Source: Paraspadella gotoi
Lineage: Eukaryota > Animalia > Chaetognatha
Length of the DNA: 64,000 nt
Direction: 5' to 3'
Assembly: GCA_051294375.1 (NCBI GenBank)
Contig: CM119271.1
Coordinates: 16,762,667 to 16,826,666 of the forward strand
The notes under the pieces were generated by a model that saw only the letters and a program-made list of their open reading frames with translations, had not been told where the DNA came from and searched no databases. Each line of letters begins with the position of its first letter. Position 1 is the first letter of the stretch. A program made the position numbers and the translations under genes. Positions 60,101 through 64,000 of the stretch are shown one piece after another.

Positions 60101-61329
60101 GATTGATTGGTTTGCAAGATAAGAAGTTGTCATTGTCAGAATACACTGATACACTGATATATAAAATCCGTTACAGAAGTTTTGTGAAACTAATGAGCTT
60201 TAATGATTGATTGATTGATTGGTTACTGAAATTAATTTTTAATGCCTATTTATCGTCTATTTTTACCTATAAACATTTTTCCAGATCATTTGAAAACCTC
60301 TTCGTTGTTGTTTGTTGGTGACCAAAGTTGCAAGAGTCGCCAGGCGTCCATCTTTGTTCGTTGTTGTTGGTTGTTTTTGTTTGTTAAATTCCCTTTGGAT
60401 TTTTTCCAAAATGAAGAAAGCATTCCACGTTTGAAGAAACGTAACTTCGGTTTAAGTTTTTTTTCAATGCAATTATGTTTTTGTTTGTTTTTGCAAAAGT
60501 TTTTTTGTTTGTGTTATTTTTATATATTTTTCAAAATGAGTAAAGAATGCTATTTTATATTTCGTATAGAGATTGAGAGCTGAAGCTAGATTTAGTAATC
60601 TCGTATTCGGATCAGGGCTACAGAAGCTAAAAAATATATATGCGCGTCGAGTCCAATCCAAATGATGGAAATGCTTGGAAGAGAGAGAGAGAGAGAAGTT
60701 GACCCTAATCTCTGTCATGTCTCTCACTCCTCGGGACAGAAGAGAGGGATGTTATTTGTTTTCCTATCCCTGGAGGAGATAAAAAGAAAGAAAGAAAATA
60801 CTGGATTGGATGGTATATCAGATAAATTGGGGGGCAGCGCAGGGATGTTGATGGTGAACGATTCTTGGGAATGGTGGAGGGTCTGAGTCAATCCAATTGT
60901 AAAAAAAATTAAAAAAAATGAAGATTGTTTCAAAATGAAAGTTTTAAAAAAAAAACAAGGAGAAAACTAATTTTTGATTTCGAAAATGCGTGGAGTAACA
61001 CGACGTCCCAATTTTTGCCTTTTTTTAAATTTTGAATTTAAACAATGATAAAGAAAGATGTAATTAAGAAAGGGGCCGAGAGCGGGGCTGGGAGGAGAGA
61101 GAGAGAAGAGAGAGAGAGATGAGATGAGAGAGAGAGAGAGAGAGAGAGAGGAAGAGCAGAGAACGGGAGGGGTGATAGTAACAACAAATCGTTGACAGTA
61201 AGAGTGAAAGTAACAAATTTTTTTTACCCAAAGACCGCAGAATATTTATAAGACGAATAAAAAGAAGAACAGAGTTTGTGATCAAACACAATGTGTGGGA
61301 TCCCATGGGCGCCACCTGGACCAATTATA

Positions 61330-62161
61330 TCGGTAATTTAAATTAATTAAATTAATAATTTATTCAGGTTAAGTTAATTCATGTTATTTAATTATTATTA
61401 ATTAATTCATGTGAATTATTAATTAATTAGGCAATTTGATCCAAAATGTTTGTTATGATTAATGACGGATTAATTAATTTTATAGTAATGCTAATTGTCT
61501 AATGTGATTAATTAACTGATATTATATTTGCTGATTTAATGTTATACATCTGGATTACCGCAATTAGGTGAAAACTGAAAGTAGAAAAAACTGAAGCTAG
61601 TCCATAAATCAAACTGTCAGTGAACACGCAGGTTTCGTTATGTTTTTTTTCTTTCCATTTAACTCATTCCACTGGCAGGAAAACGATCTCCCAATCAAAA
61701 GCTGTGATCTTCCAGTTTAGTCATCAACACTTTCTCTACCCAAATACAATTTCAAGTCAATCGCCCATCCACGCGTCATAGTAACTTGGTGTTCAATAGT
61801 GAAAATATATTTTTTTGTTTTCCCATTTAAACTCATTTCCACTTGGACGATTCCCATCGAGACTTAATATCCACAGTCAATCACCACCCTACCCTACAAC
61901 ACAAATTCATCTCCAATCCATCCATCCAATCACCGAGTTAATTTGGTTTTTGCTAAAGGTGGGATGGACGGACGGACGCGACGGATGGACGGACGACGGC
62001 ACGGACATCTTTTTTTTTGTGCATAAGTTTATCAATAATTTCGATGTTCTGACCATGAATATAGAAGGAATGCCCCCCGACAAGATTTGAGGGGGCCGGA
62101 ACCTACGGACCGACAAAGTGAATATAGCGCGGGATCGCTGAAAGCAAGATCCGACTAAAAA
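61330..62161 (-). mobile_element. HINE-like element (noisy)
   Basis: AT tail, core repeats, (GACG)n and the terminal GGGATCGCTGAAAGCAAGATCCGACTAAAAA. Confidence 0.6.
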
Positions 62162-62662
62162 TAAGTGTCATTAGTGACAGTGAGAATATTCTGAATCTGG
62201 TATCCTTTGTAAATAATCCTCGTCACTGTATATTTTTCACAGTATGAGATCTTTTTTGGCCCCCAAAAAGTTTTCGTCTTTTAAACAATAAGATGCTGAA
62301 AAGCGAAAAATGAGAAGGAAAAAAATTATATTCTTTTTTTCATAATAATAAAAAACAATGAAATGTTCGAGAGAATGACTTGAAGTCAGCGTAACAATAA
62401 AAAAGACACAAAATAAAAGAAACAAATAATAAAAATGTGTTTAACATAAATTTGATTCCTTTATTTCAAAGTCAGATAGTTGTTACTCGTTAATTATTTT
62501 TAACGAAAAAAACAACAAAACTAACATATTTTTTTTAGGAACTTAAAAAACCCCTACTTTTATTTTTTTTTTAGAATGAGATGTATGTTAGTTCGGTCTC
62601 TCTCTCTCTCTCTCTCTCATCTCATCCTCCCTCTCACCCTTCCCTCCCTCACTCCCTCTCAC

Positions 62663-62869
62663 CCTTTGGGTCGATCCTCTTCCCGTCCAACTCGTGATGC
62701 GATTGCGCCGTCACTTTGTCCACAGACGCTGGATCCTTGTAGGTGACGAACCCGAAGCCGCGACTCCTCAAAGTGTTGGGATCTTTCATCACAGTAGCTT
62801 CTTTCACTTCCCCGTAAGTCGAGAAATATTCGCGGAGAGAATCCGGGGTAGTTTGCCAGGAGAGGCCGC
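62663..62869 (-). CDS. msi: Musashi exon, RRM1
   Basis: ACAG acceptor, (G)[68 protein letters not shown] plus G, GTGAGA donor. 207 nt, phase 1-1, splicing in frame to 55696. Not in the supplied ORF track. The N-terminal exon was not found in the window. Confidence 0.95.
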
Positions 62870-63458
62870 CTGTATTGATTAATTAATTGAATAATTAATG
62901 TTAATAAAGTTTGAACGTTTGTAAGAATAAACGAATGAATAAATTAAATAAATCAATAAATAATTAAATGAATAGATAAATGAATGGATAAATGAATGAA
63001 TGAATGAATGAATTAATAGATGGATGGATGAACGGAATGACCTTATGAATGAACGTATGAATATATAAATTGAACAGAGAATTAATTAATAAATTAATGA
63101 ATGTTTTCAAGACGATACGCAAAGATATTAAGAATCTTCGTTCAATGATTAAGAGGCCAAATGTATGAATGAAATTTAAAAAAAAAAACAGATAAATGAA
63201 AAAAATATTTTTTATTAAGATTTTAACTAATTACTCGCGACTTTATTTTTTAGTAGTCAGGTCCAAAACCTAGAAAAAAGAACAACAATTATCAAAAAAA
63301 TAAATTTTTTCTCTCTTTTCCTACTTTGATAATTGTAAAGTGTACATCGCTATTCTTTGTCTCTCATTTTGTTCTTTGTCCTTTTGTTTTGTAAACTTTC
63401 ATCGTCCTTAACTCAAACCTGATCATTGATGCAAAAATTCGATCTCCCAAAAGGGGGA

Positions 63459-63525
<67 letters not shown>

Positions 63526-63559
63526 AAGATAAGGCAGAAGGAAGGAAAAGGAGTGCCTT

Positions 63560-63606
<47 letters not shown>

Positions 63607-64000
63607 ACTTTTTGTTATTTCAGTGGTAACTTGACTCCCACGAGGCCGGCCACTGAGGTCGAGTTCATTCCCTTTACAGTTGACAGTCTCTCTACATCTG
63701 CTGCTTAACCTTCCTTTCTCTTTTTGTCATCTTTACTTGTCTTGTGTTATTCTCTTTTTCTTCTCTCTTCTTCTCTTTTTTTCATCTTTACTTCTCTTTT
63801 TTTCTTGTTCTCTTTTCTCCTTTTCTTCTATCCTCTGTTTTTTGCCTTCTTTTCTCTCCTCTTCCTTTCTTATCTTTTTTCTTTTCTACTTTCTTTTCCC
63901 CATCTATCCTTTTGTCTTTTCTTTTTTCTCCCCTTTTCTCTCTTTTCTCCGCCTTTTCCCTATCTTTCTTTCGATCTATTTTCACCTGTATCATCTCCCT

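Noticed and set aside
60662-60933. Nested gene inside the Musashi intron
   Set aside because: Only short ORFs with no recognisable motif, and the placement of this segment is itself doubtful.
61300-61325. CTCF-like site GGGCGCCACCTGGACC
   Set aside because: A partial match only, expected by chance in 64 kb.

Overview
A repeat-rich animal (probably invertebrate) draft scaffold, not prokaryotic DNA. One gene is solid: a minus-strand Musashi-family RNA-binding protein, with four coding exons between 62869 and 53932 and its first exon outside the window. Most of the rest is microsatellite, non-autonomous mobile elements (Helentron/HINE-like, tRNA-containing, Penelope-like fold-backs, LTR-like) and multi-kb direct or inverted duplications. 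These duplications are indel-noisy and sit next to 25-N gaps, so most look like long-read gap-filling or haplotype artifacts. Almost all listed ORFs are translations of simple repeats. The best leads are: (i) a small LTR-like tandem element at 1852-2380, with a diverged relative at 39566-39837, that carries a tRNA-like Pol III box and a twister-ribozyme-like loop; (ii) a 72-bp-arm palindrome built around a Penelope-type minimal hammerhead motif at 42145-42302; (iii) several candidate cis-regulatory modules and orphan exons. I cannot establish a new biological system from sequence alone. These are testable leads, and coordinates of noisy repeats are approximate.
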